A DNA stretch of 64,000 bases, taken from Macrostomum lignano. Taxonomy: Eukaryota. Positions 37,860 through 49,768 of the stretch are shown here, in pieces (within the stretch, counting starts at the first letter, position 1; each line of letters starts with the position of its first letter). Under the pieces are notes generated by a model. It saw only the letters and a program-made list of their open reading frames with translations, had not been told where the DNA came from and did not search any database. Both the position numbers and the translations under genes were made by a program. The stretch spans positions 1-64,000 of the forward strand of contig NIVC01003580.1 in NCBI GenBank assembly GCA_002269645.1, in the 5' to 3' direction.

Positions 37860-38639
37860 TAGATAACTTACCATAGTTTTCATAATGTGAATGTTTATCT
37901 ATTGCTCTTTTTGAGTTTTGTGCCTTTATAGGATTTCCTGATTTTTATTGCAAATTAATTTTTTTTAAAACCATAACTTTTTACAACAAATATTATGACA
38001 ATTGTTCTTTTAGTAATGTTAAAGAAAAAATCAAAAATACATAAAATTCAAAATAAGATTTTTATTTTATATAATCTTTTTTTCAACATTATGACTGACT
38101 GATACATTTTGCAGAACCTATAATTTGTTATATGGACTTCTTCAAGTTTATGTTGATAAAATACTTTTGGTTTTTCTGAAATTTTTACCAGACATTTGGG
38201 GGATGCCCAAAATGATAAAAAAAGCAAAAAAATCACCAAAAAACTACATTCTGTGGTGATGCAATATCAACTGACTATGGTGTCAATGAGAATTTGAGAA
38301 AAAATGTTTCAATGAAATTTGTATTTAAAAATAAACATTTTTTGAAACAAAAAATAAGTTAACTTGTTTTGTGAATATAAAATTAAGAAATCACAAGTAA
38401 TATTAACCATTTTGTCAATTATGATGTATAGTGAATACAAATGACTTTATCAAATTTGATATTGAGTTTTGTTATAATGTTAAATAATTGCCTCATCACA
38501 GTTTCCTCTTTTTTAAATTTGCCATATCTGATGATGTGCGACACTTGTTTTCCACATTCTGATTTGCCATTGTGGTTGACATTAATATCTCTTGCCAAAT
38601 GATTTAGTGATATAAGTAATTAATCATATTATAAATGTC

Positions 38640-39455
38640 TGTTATATTCAAGTTTGCATTGATAAAATCAACCTCTATGTCGATGAAGAATCCCTTACCC
38701 AAAAGCCAAAACCCCTTATCTTATCCAATTCTACAGTGGTGGATCTTAAGGGGGGGCCAAGGGGTCCATGGCCCTCCCTCAGCTGCCTCGAAAAAAAATT
38801 CTGCTCTTGGCCTTTGGCCTCTTTCTAAGTAAAGAAAGGGCTTGGGCCTTGGGGTGGGTTCCTACTTGGGGCAGTATGAAAAAAGTTGACTCCCCCTCAA
38901 GAAATTTCTGGATCTATGCCTGCCATTCTATGCCCCAATAGTTGGTCATTGACCTTTTTTGTAAGGATCAATCTCTTTTTCCCCGAGTTTGGAATTTATC
39001 AACACCTTCTTAATTAGATCTCTAGGCCTCTATTTAAGTTTTTGTTGATAAAATCAACCCCTATCAAAGATCTCCCACCTATAAACCCCCTGTTCCCCAT
39101 GCCCCAATATTTGGTCATTGACCTTATGGTAGGCCCTAGGGTTTAACCCCCCTCCCAGGTCTGGAATTTATCAACACCATCTTGAATAGGTCTCCATGCC
39201 TCTATTAAAGTTTATGTTGATAAAATCAACCCCCATGAAAAATCCCTTATCCTAAAAACCCCCATCCTATTCCTCATGTCCAAGTGTTTGGTCATTGACC
39301 TTTTGGTAAGGTCTACCCCTCCACTGAGTCTGGAATTTATCAACACTATCTTGAATAGGTCTCTATGCCTCTATTCAAGTTTATGTTGATAAAATCAATC
39401 CCCATAAAGAATCCCCCCACACTAAAACCCCCTATTCCCCATGCCCCAGTGTTTG
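38640..39455. repeat. ~170-bp tandem repeat (3-4 units) with internal inverted repeats
   Basis: Recurring atgccccaat..ttggtcattgacc..ggaatttatcaacac..cttgaatagg..ctattcaagtttatgttgataaaatcaaccc. Confidence 0.8.
38734..38922. mobile_element. hAT-like MITE (189 bp) inserted in the 170-bp array
   Basis: Ends CAGTGGTGGATCT / GGATCTATGCCTG; 8-bp flanking duplication caattcta / ccattcta (7/8 match); excision restores the host repeat unit. Confidence 0.7.
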
Positions 39456-39641
39456 GTTTTAAGTATCTACATAAAGTTGGGTTGAAACTACCAAAAAATA
39501 AAGCTCAAATTTGAAATCAGCACTATCAAAAACTCCTATAAAGACAAAATTATGCTCCTGTTAAAATTGCAACTAAATTTATCAACATAAACTTGAAGAA
39601 GTCCTATTATATTACTATATAATAGCTATTAGGCCTAATAC

Positions 39642-40102
39642 AAGGTGCATATTCTTTTTTTCTTGGCACACGTGCACTTTTTTATGGGAGCATGAGAAAT
39701 GCCAACAGTGCAATTTGCCCATAAGTGAATTGCCTACCTAGTTTTTTTCCTGCCAAGGCTTATCCACAATGTTTTTTACCTATAGCTTATTTGGCAGCTA
39801 GATTCTGTCTACATTGCCTCTCCCAAAAAATATGCATTTGATATGCAGTAGCCAGTACTATAAAAAAAAATTGATTGTGTAAATCTTTTTTATATTAAGA
39901 CTTATTTAGGATTGGGGAGGCAATGCAGACAAAATCTGCCAAGTGGCTAAATAGGCCTACGCTACAGGAAAAAAGCATTGCGGGTAAATCTTGGTAGGCA
40001 ATTCATCTGTGGGCAATTCTCATGGACCCCTCTTTTACTTGGTGCACAGTGCACAATTAAAATTTTGACTAGGGATTTTTTGCAGCATATATGGCGCACC
40101 TT
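39642..40102. mobile_element. Foldback/MITE element with imperfect long inverted arms and ~8-bp TSD
   Basis: AAGGTGC..GCACCTT termini; inner pairs tgccca..gaattgcctacc / ggtaggcaattc..tgggca and ttgcctctcccaa / ttggggaggcaa; flanks cctaatac / cctaataa. Confidence 0.65.
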
Positions 40103-41199
40103 CCTAATAATACATGCCTAATACCTATTTAACCTATCTGAACGGGATAGGTGAAATGGCTACTAGCCAAGGTAAGTCGCAAAATCAAAAACACAAAAAA
40201 TGAAAAATTGGGGGAAAAAAGGAGGAAGAGCCAAGCGGTCAAAAGGAGAAGAGAGAGAGAAGAAAGAGAAGAGAGAAAGAAAAGAAAAGAAAAGAGAAAA
40301 AGGCAAGAAAAGTCATATACAAAGTGAAAATTGTCCCAATCAAGAGGAACTAAGTTGCAATTAGGAGAAACTAAGTCAAATCTGCAGCCATTATTTCAAA
40401 TTCGTCTTTTTGTTTCTATAGAAATGCGACAATGGATCGAGAAAATTTCTCGAACCGAATTCCAGAATCAGATCACGGTTCTGGAACCGATTCTGAAAAC
40501 GGAACAGACAATATGAAAAGCGTCGAACCGATTCTGGATCTGGAATCGGTAATATGAAAAGGATAGCTAGTTGTCGTGGTAAAAAAATTAGTCAACAAAC
40601 AAATATTAAATTATTATCACAATAAAACAAAATTAACGCAATTTTTCAGCTAAGACACGCCTTAGAGAAAAAGCAAATTGTAATTTTTTTAGAAATTTTT
40701 AATAAAAATTTTAAGGTCATATGAACTTTCTGTATATATTTGCATTTTCTGCAGATTTCCAGGGCTATTAACAAAAGGCTTTTGACGAAATGTCCGTACA
40801 TGTTCTGCAGTGACGTCATCTGTACGCAAGGTTGTGATATATTGCATCAAGACTAATAAATTCGGAACTCTAAGTTTTTAATAGTCATGCAAAGCCGCGA
40901 GGACATCATAAGCCGACGAATAAAGAGTGTATTTCTTGAAAACCAATTAATCAGGGCCCATAAAATTATGAAAATGATATCCAATGCATTCATTTGTGTC
41001 GAATTGCAGTGCATATTATACATGCAGTGCATGTATTTCGAATGCGCAACGTACATGTAACTCTCACACCTGGGGAAAAGGCAAGGCAATGTGATGGGTT
41101 TCGGCCTTTTCGGCCCCTTCGTGAAGCCTTCGGGCCTCAGGTCTCAGAAAATAAATCAATTATAAGAGTCCTGGCCCCCCACTCCTGTCAGATGGTCAG

Positions 41200-42255
41200 C
41201 CCCATGGTAGCTTGATCTTGTGGCGAGCAGTCTAGGTCCTATAGCTAAGAGAGGGACAGCAGCGAGAGACAAGTAGGGAATTTTGAAGGTAGAGATCAGC
41301 TATACTAATCCGCAGATTAAGCTTACCCGCTGCCACCAGCCCGTGCGTCCTGGCTCACCAAACCGGAACTTTCGAAATCGGGCTTCCGACTAGAGGGGGC
41401 TTAATTAGCACTTACCTGCCAACTAGTGTCTTTTTGCTGTCAATCTCGAAGTCATAGCCGATGTTAAGGGACACCGCTGGGACTTGCATGATCGCATTGG
41501 CCATGCAGATACAGCTAGAGGGGACTTGTGCAGGGGATTCTTGCAGTGGCGAGACTATGGGGTAGCTACATGTACTATTACATTGTTAAATACGAGGAAT
41601 TGTACTTTTGGCCTTCAACGCGCCAACCAGCCTCTCCTGGCGCTGATAACTCGAACCTCAGAGACCGCATGATTCATTACGCGAGCCGCTTGGCGAACCT
41701 AGAGTGCACAAAGTACGTCATTTCTAGCGCCGATTCTGCACTACTGGCAGTTTCGCTAACTGATTCGATAGATTGATCGACTGAGAACTGCCTTGCCATT
41801 GGTCCACATGACCGACGCCTACTAGCTTAGCCACTCATCTGAGCCATCGGCGAACAAAGAAATAAAACCGATAAAAATAACTGTCAGATTTAACCTTCTC
41901 CTTGAATCACTTCACACTTCAGATTGATTTGGAGTTTTAGACTACTAACAGTATTGAACGATTTCTGCCTCGATAACAGCACTGCTGAACAAAATGAGCA
42001 AAAGTGTGCGCCTAATCCAGCTACTGAAATAGGGGACAGATGAGGAATCACCCAATCAAGCAAGTCTAGGTAGCCTCTCACCCAACCAATCAGAAACTCA
42101 ACTGCAGCCGGAGACCAGGTAATCCACAGTGACCGAATCGGCTCAGTGCTTCGCAGCTGTAGGCCCGGGATGATGCTGATGTCACAATCTTCGCAGATAG
42201 CTAGCAGGTGATGTTCATAATCTTGATGCTCGCTGCTGACGACCGGGGGATTCAT
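41200..42255 (-). CDS. Possible unannotated multi-exon gene of unknown function
   Basis: ORF from ATG 42255 (121 aa if unspliced); downstream symmetric phase-2 exon candidates 41514-41416 (99 nt) and 41389-41327 (63 nt), each ending in GTAAG; promoter motifs upstream. A complete model could not be closed. Confidence 0.3.
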
Positions 42256-42407
42256 CCTTGATGATGATGGTGGGAGTCGCGATCCGGGGATCAAGAGACG
42301 ACGGTCGAGCTCCAGGAGGTCTAAGTTAGGCCAAAGTCCCAGGAGGCGGAGCAGGAGGTTCCAGAGAGCGGCACCAGGTGTTGGGTCCGAGCGGGCCAAA
42401 AACTCGG

Positions 42408-42538
42408 TTTAAATAGCCGCCAACTGGACCGCAGTTTGTTATAATGGAACACCTCGATTCTGATTGGCTGAGCCGTTTGTTATAACGCACGTCGAATTTT
42501 CTGATTGGCTGAGCTTGTTGCCACCCAAACTCACGTGA
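42408..42538 (-). promoter_or_regulatory. Pol II promoter-like module: E-box, two CCAAT boxes 41 bp apart, TATTTAAA
   Basis: TCACGTGA 42531-42538; AGCCAATCAG (minus strand) around 42463-42467 and 42504-42508 within a duplicated ~41-bp unit; TATTTAAA 42415-42408. Confidence 0.55.
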
Positions 42539-45451
42539 CCAAGAGATCCTATCAGTTCCCTCGGGGCCATAAAAATACGACAGGTGCGGTCATAAATCAC
42601 TCAAAATCGCTAATTTATGACCTTTCGCGTAGAAATGACAAAAATTAATGAATAAATATACACTAGAAAGCTCTTATTAAGTAGAAAGTGAAGATAATGA
42701 AGAGAAATCGCTAATCGCTAATCCCAACGTACTTTTAGGGGTAAAACGCATAGCTGTCAAAGCTGTCGCACGCTTGAGTGAACACGAACAATAGGCCCTG
42801 ACCTCATAAATCTTGATGGCCTGTCAAAATGATGAGAAAAAAGCCACCGCCCGCATCCCTCAGACCATCTGGTGCCAGCCCCAGCACTGAGTGAGGTGCA
42901 GGTGGCTGTCAGACCAGCTCAGACGCAATGATTTATGACCCAAAAGCAGCAAAAAACCGTGCCTATGTTATTATAACTACAAGTATGGCAGATTAATATA
43001 GCTACAGAAGTCCTACTAATAGAATGAATTCTAGAAAAATTCCAAAAGAGGGAGAAAAACGCCCATAGCTTGCTGTTAGTAGGCTAGCAAGTTTGGAACC
43101 CATGTGCGAGCGTGAAATTTGGAAAAAAGTGCGTCCTCATCAAAAGTTAATAATTATTACACATGCACTGTATGTACGTCTTGCTAAATCTTCTCTGGAA
43201 AGTCCCGCACGTAGCCACATAGAGCATCTGCTTGACGACCGTTTTAATCTCCATTAATATCAGAATAAGCTATTTAGTGGTGCACACTATAGCTACAGAT
43301 CATTGATTTTTATTTCCAACATGGGAATGAATTGAGCCATCAAAACTCTGTCCTCGACGATCGATCTATAGCCATTATACATCTACCCTCTTTACTGAAG
43401 TGCGTTTGGCTAAAGAAGCAGAAGCCATATGGTACATAGCACACGATTTTTGTAGTTCGGCGCGCGCATATGAAGCATTAATTCACTTAATTAATGCATG
43501 TTTTAATGTACTTAATTGCAATCCATGCTATTTTATGAACTGAACCTAAGTGATCGTAAAATGTGACTTTTTTCTAGTAGGTTTTCTGGGTGAAAATTGG
43601 TAAATAAATCTAGTTAATTAAAAGTACATGTGTAGCAAGGTAACGCGTTGTTTTGCAGGCTTAATTTCGATGACAAAGGGGGATTGTTAGAGTGCACTAG
43701 TATGCATATAATTTATTTTACTTTTAAAAAGGTAAAAAGTAAGCAATTTACTTTCAACAGCTAATTAATACACTTTTTTTAAAAACTGGTATAACTAAAG
43801 CGGAAATTGTCGCTTTAATTAGCAGGTTAAATCTCGCACAGTCGAGAATATGCAAGGGTGTATATATGAGTTAAGTAAGCTTCCAGAAATGGTTTGACGG
43901 AGAAGCAGGGAGAAGGTCGCAAAGAGCAAGATCCCGCCACTAGAAGGTCTCTGATTTAGATCGTTTAGGAGTACATATAAATATAAATTATAAAAAATCA
44001 ATTTTAAACAAGAATAATGAAATTTAAACAATTTGCTGTTAATTCCGATGAAAACAATTAACAATAACAAAGTCGAGCTGTGTTTGTATATGGCGACGAG
44101 AAAATTTCTAACAATTTAAATTTTTTGTAGGGAAAATTTGAAAATCTGATTTTTACAAGTTCACTGACAATAAATAGCGGCAATTGCATAAATATTTGTA
44201 TAAACCAGCCTATAAATTCTATAAACACACAAGTGAACATGAAAAAACTAATTTCGAACGGTTGCAGTTGAAATTTATAATACGCGTAAGTGGCAAGGCA
44301 ATCTTCAAGAATCGTTCACTAAACTCAATTCAAATTCGCGCCAAAGTACATTCAACAATCGTTAAACACCCTAAAAACTATATTTTAAACACTGGCCTTA
44401 TATGATTTATTAAATCAGAAAACTGCTTATACTATTTACTCGTAAGTATTGGGCTTAGGGGTTTAAAAAAATATTTAGATTGTTTAAAGGGTGTTTAATG
44501 ATTTTTACCAATGTCAATCTTTGGAGCGGATTTGAATTGCACGGGTATAGTTAAACAAATTATTCTTAAAGACCGCCATGTGAGTCGCCATCGAAAAGGT
44601 GTTACTATTTCACCTGTTCGATTGTTGCTAGTAACTGTTTCTAGTAGTTTTAAACACATTCGCTTTTTGGGACAAAGCAGGAGTAAGCCTTAATATGCGT
44701 TCGGCTAGTAGAGTAGGGCAGAATTCAGCAAAAATCCATTTTAATCAATCAAAACATCAGCAGCTGAGCTATGTATAATATACTACAAAGCCAAAAGCAA
44801 TTTGGGGCTCATTAATTAATGCTAAAAATAGCTAGAATAGCTTTTGATTTCATTATTTATAGGTTTGATTGATAGAAATGTTTTTTTATTTTTTTTAAAT
44901 CTCCATAAACGGTTATTTTTGGACCCTAAATTAAAATAAATGGTTAAGAGACAGTGCTTTGCAGTTGAGAAAACAACCAACTTAAGTATATACCCTATAT
45001 AATTTTCAAGAAATCGAACATTTTAACGCGTTTAGAAATTAGACGAAAGCGACTCGAGTCTAAGGAATTGGAAAGGGAGATTTTATTTCGATTACTTAAT
45101 TTATCCGTTTTTTTGTCGACGAAGTTTGAAACTCAATCTGCCCGTTCCAATTCTTCGACGGCGAGTAGAAGCACTTGTTAAAGGATTAGCGTTTTAGTGT
45201 TGTAGTTTTAACAGAAGCGAGCCTACCGCGGGAAATTTAAAAACACGGAACAATATAATAAGCAAGGTACTCGTAATTTTAGCATTAAAGTCTAAGCTTA
45301 AGCTTTTGGTAGATACTCAATTAATTAACGACGACAGCTGTTGAATGAATCTGAAATTGGTGACAAAGTTACCTGTAGTTCAGAGCTAGCTGCTAAAAAT
45401 GCCGAGAAACCCATGCACCCACATGAAACCACTGTAGAAGGGAATCAAATA

Positions 45452-46841
45452 TACCTTTTCAACTTCGGATTCGTCAAAAGTGGGTTCAAATTCGTCGTCA
45501 GAGTATGCAAAACTATATAGCGCTCAAGGGGAAGAGAATGCGTGTCTATGGTAAGTTTTTAGAGAAAGTGACTCCGAGTTCGTCCAAGTAAGTGAAATTC
45601 GTCAGTGCAAATACAGCAGCCTGATCAGTCTTCATTTCATGCTTTGATTGTTGTCAGAGATGCCCTACATGTATACATGAGATGCCCTACATGAGAATTA
45701 CATGAGACAACTCGCAATCGAACTGGATATCAAGAGGACAACTGTCAGTGACATCATCAGGAGATATGTATATGAGGGTAGGATTGATCTTAACGCGCAT
45801 GGAGGTGCAGTGAGACCAAAGTTTTCTGAGGAGATGCTCGGGGCGTTGACGAGGTATGTGGAAGAGAAGCCGACTGTGACCCTCAAGAAATGCAGCAAAA
45901 AGCTTGTTGGAGATTTTCCTGCTGCTCCTGCTGTGACAACGCATGCAGGCAATCAGTCGTCGGCTTGACGGGACTTTGTGCCCGTTACTGATTTAGTTAC
46001 TGATTAAAGACCTTTTGCGATTTTAAGTCTGTTTTCCTGTTCTGTTTGTTCTTTTGCTGTTGTGCTTTCATTGTTTAGCAATTTGACGATCATTATTCAC
46101 ATTTTTAATGCAGAACAATCCATTTTACTACAAACAAATGCATTGTCTGTAGGATCGTCAAACAGAAAAACAAAGCAAAGAATCAGCGGTCGCAGCACGT
46201 GACAACGATTTGTCTATGGCTCGCGCCTACCGGCGCTCGCCAGAGAATCGTTGTCACCATGGATGAATGAATAGAATGGATTGCTATTCTGGCTCTGGCT
46301 ATTTTCGTTTTTGACTCTTTTGCATCCGGTTCCCCCCCGTGCCTTTTCATTGGTTGATGATTGCCATAGACAATTTTCGGCCTTCGCCCCTTTCTTTCGA
46401 TGCACAAGCGCAAAGAACTGAGAATTTCAACAAAGTTCAATTTCAACACAAGTAACTTCTATTTACTAACAAGAAAGCGCTTGTGCATCGAAAGAAAGGG
46501 GCAAAGGCCGAAAATTGTCTATGGCAATCATCAACCAATGAAAAGGCACGGGGGAGAACTGGATGCAAAAGAGTCAAAAACGAAAATAGCCAGAGCCAGA
46601 ATAGCAATCCATTCTATTCATTCATCCATGGTTGTCACGCACTGGGACCGCTGATTATTTATCCATTGTTGACAGTACACACAGGTTGCACTGACGAATT
46701 TCACTTACTTAGATAAATTCGAAGTTACTTTCTCTAAAAACTTACCATAGACACTCATTCTCTTCCCCTTGAGCGCTATATAGTTTTGCATACGATGACG
46801 AATTTGAACTCACTTTTGACGAATCGGAAGTTGAAAAGGTA
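45452..46841 (+). mobile_element. Tc1/IS630-like non-autonomous element with ~155-bp inverted repeats and N-terminal transposase remnant (45702-45968)
   Basis: Arms 45452-45610 and 46686-46841 (TACCTTTTCAACTTC...GAAGTTGAAAAGGTA), TA-flanked; ORF RQLAIELDIKRTTVSDIIRR..HGGAVRPKFSEE..VEEKPTVTL resembles the Tc1/IS630 paired-like HTH. Confidence 0.82.
46184..46653. mobile_element. Palindromic MITE (470 bp) nested in the Tc1-like element
   Basis: Near-perfect ~157-bp arms 46254-46410 and 46476-46634 around a 65-bp spacer; CAGCGGTC / GACCGCTG termini flanked by AT. Confidence 0.85.
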
Positions 46842-46948
46842 TACTAAATTTCTTTTGTCAGCCAACTAAGTTGAGAATTTCCATTTGGCAGCAGTTGATT
46901 TGGTTTAACCCATAGACATTTGAAATGGACGGAAAAACTACAACTTTT

Positions 46949-47052
<104 letters not shown>

Positions 47053-49768
47053 ATCCACTTTTGGAAGACCAAATCTACTGCTGCCAAATGGAATTATCAA
47101 TGAGCCTGACAACAGCAATAGTATTTAGCTCGTAAAATTCAACGCTTCTCTCACCTGCTATCAGCTGCTCAGAAGCAGACAGATTCACTGATGCAGAAGT
47201 TGCCAGCTTCACGCACACTCAGCATTAGTTACTGGCGCCGTCTGCAAAAGTACAATTAGGAGTTTTAAATTTAGCACTTGCATCCCTGTGTCTGCAATCC
47301 AGATCTTCCAGTTAGTGCGTGCATGATGCAGATAGTTTTCCAAAATTCAGAGCGTTATAAAAATCATATAGGGTTAGCTCAGCACAACAAAAAATTCTCA
47401 CAAATTTTTAAGCATTGTTGCTGCGTGAGTGACAGCTTTTTTAGAACAAACACAGGAAAATGCGGGCAATTCTGCAGTGTGTATGGTAATCATGCCAATA
47501 GTTCTTTGTCCGTGAAAACGTAAAAAACGGGCATTGATGCTACAGACACTGAGAACTGAAAAGCATTAGCAATCGGTAGATAGTTGTAGCTGAAAGCACT
47601 GAACCCCGGGATGTCACGTGCGAGACTCTTGAGACTGTATGAAACTCACTAAGAATCTGTTTGGCCCTCTGCTGTCAACCTGCCGTTATTATAAGCATTC
47701 TAGGTGATTTAGACAAGATATGAAAGAGTGAGGACGAGATTGGAGTGCTAGAACCTGTGTATGCATCGCAACAATGTTTGGACTGTATGGTCTCGGCAGA
47801 GTAAAGCGCGGTGGGAATCGGGAATTAATTAAAACTGATGCCCCCCAATCCAATGAGACCTCGGGCGGCGTCGGAACTCACTGTACTCTTCGGGAATGCC
47901 TTGAGCAAGAAAGTGGTCGTGCTCTCGAGAGTTCTGAACGTCTCGCCTGCTAATATATCGCTGAATCTCATCAAAGCTTCTCGCCTAATGATATGATGGA
48001 GAATCTCACAGTGGACGAACAGCCAACGGACAGCTGCATAATTTTTAGTGTTAGGTATACTGCTGCTGCGCGGCATCGCTTGCTCGGGAGGCTGGCTGCT
48101 CATGAAGCCCTGAGCTTGCAGGCTCAGAGCCTTGCCAGGACTCACCGGCGTTGAGGTCTCAGTGGGAACAGTTGTCAGCAGCAGCAACAATGTTGTCCGA
48201 CATTTTCCACTTCTTCTCCAGTGTTTGGAGGACAGCTTATAGCTGGAGTGGTGGCGCAGGATTAGCCGCTGTCTCGCTGGTGATCACTCGCGTGTCGAGA
48301 TTAAAGTTCAGGGCAAGGAATCTGGCGAAGAAACGTGCTTCGACTGAGTTAAGCTGCGTCTCGCCTGCTTAGATGGCGCCTGGAATCCACAAAAGCTTTC
48401 CCAATGAGGAGATGATGGAGGACTCGACGAGGGACGAATGAGCAATGCGAGCAGCTGCTGTTTTTTTAGTATGCAGCAGCGCGGCTCGATCTTGTCGGGA
48501 GGTGGGCCTCGAAGCCCAATAGAGATTCAAGGCCATAAAGAGCACTTGGCCAGGACTGGCGACCGGGGCTGATTGGATTCGAGTGGGAAATGCAGATGAG
48601 GCAAGGGGATACACGGCAATGGGAAGAGAAACTGGATCAGAAAGGTTTTGGGTATAGCCAGTGAGAGAAGGTATTGCGCTTGTTCACTGCCGAGACCACA
48701 CAGACACGGGGAGAGAGAGAGCTAGACAGAATCATACAGAAGCCAATAATCTGACGTGTTTCTTTCCACAAGCAGTTCAACGAAGAGCAAACATACTGCA
48801 ACCAGGGCAAGTGCAGTGAAAGCAGACTAAAGCAAATTGAAGCTGTGGTGGGTGTCGGAGGAATAGAAGAATTCAATCAAATCAAAGCTACATCAATCTA
48901 CTAAGCTGCACAGAACAAATGCGTTCAACAATGGCGTTGGGTGAAATCTGATTTCAGAGTTGCAAGAAATTTTCCAGTAACGAAATGAAACGGTAATTAA
49001 GGTCAGTAGGTCAAGAGACCACAGGACACAGCGCTCAAAGGAAGGCAGAGTAAAATTTCTTACAATAACGATCCAAGCGACCTCGGCTTAACACATTTTG
49101 ACAACTGACACTGACAATAGACTGCATGCTGAATGATGTCTTATGTGGTGAGAGTGATATGCTGATCTAATTGAGTTAGCTGCTCTCCATTGACTAATTA
49201 TCGACCTTATTTAGCATCAATTTGGATGGGACACTTGAAAAAATCATAGACGGTAGACAACAACACTAAAATACTAAAGGAGAATTTAACAAAGGAGCAA
49301 CAACATACAATTTTGGATAGAAATGCAGGCATATCTAGCAATAAACACATAGCAATCTCTGTGCACATCTGGATGCGATTACGAATCAATTCTAAATAAT
49401 CGAAAATTGAAACGAAACGAAGTGAACTGAAAACGGAATAAGCTTCTCAATACAACAACAGGCGTAGGCAGTGCGAAGGAAATAAAAAAGCAAAACAGAA
49501 AGGCTGTGATTCGACAAGCTAACTACGAGTAAAACAAAGACGGATAAGTGCGAGGAAAGAAGCACGGCAAAAATAAACACACATATATAAACGAAAATTC
49601 AATATCTATCAACGGGTACCTGACTGAGTATGTCAAGCTGACCGAATGTTTCGAGAATGGAGAATAGCTGAGAGCGAGTCGAGGCTAGGGGCATAGGTGG
49701 GACATGGATCAATGGGCTGGGGAGGCGGAAGAGTGGGACGTGGAGGGGGATGCAGAGACTCGCACTGG

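Larger units (their letters stand above)
38134..39604. mobile_element. Putative non-autonomous DNA transposon bounded by a perfect 27-bp inverted repeat
   Basis: GGACTTCTTCAAGTTTATGTTGATAAA at 38134-38160 and its exact reverse complement at 39578-39604; the same motif recurs in the internal ~170-bp repeats; AT-rich flanks. Confidence 0.6.

Noticed and set aside
38640-39455. Repeat-with-hairpin array as a CRISPR-like system
   Set aside because: Units are homologous along their whole length with no unique spacers, the context is eukaryotic, and there are no cas genes. The same applies to all arrays in the window.
46691-46722. Hammerhead ribozyme core (CTGACGA-stem-GAAG)
   Set aside because: It lacks the GAAA and stems I/III, and lies within a transposon TIR. 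No CTGATGA occurrence elsewhere had a valid core.
47825-48876. Short ORFs downstream of the giant exon as terminal ankyrin exons
   Set aside because: I could not link them by consistent splice phase; the region may be 3' UTR.
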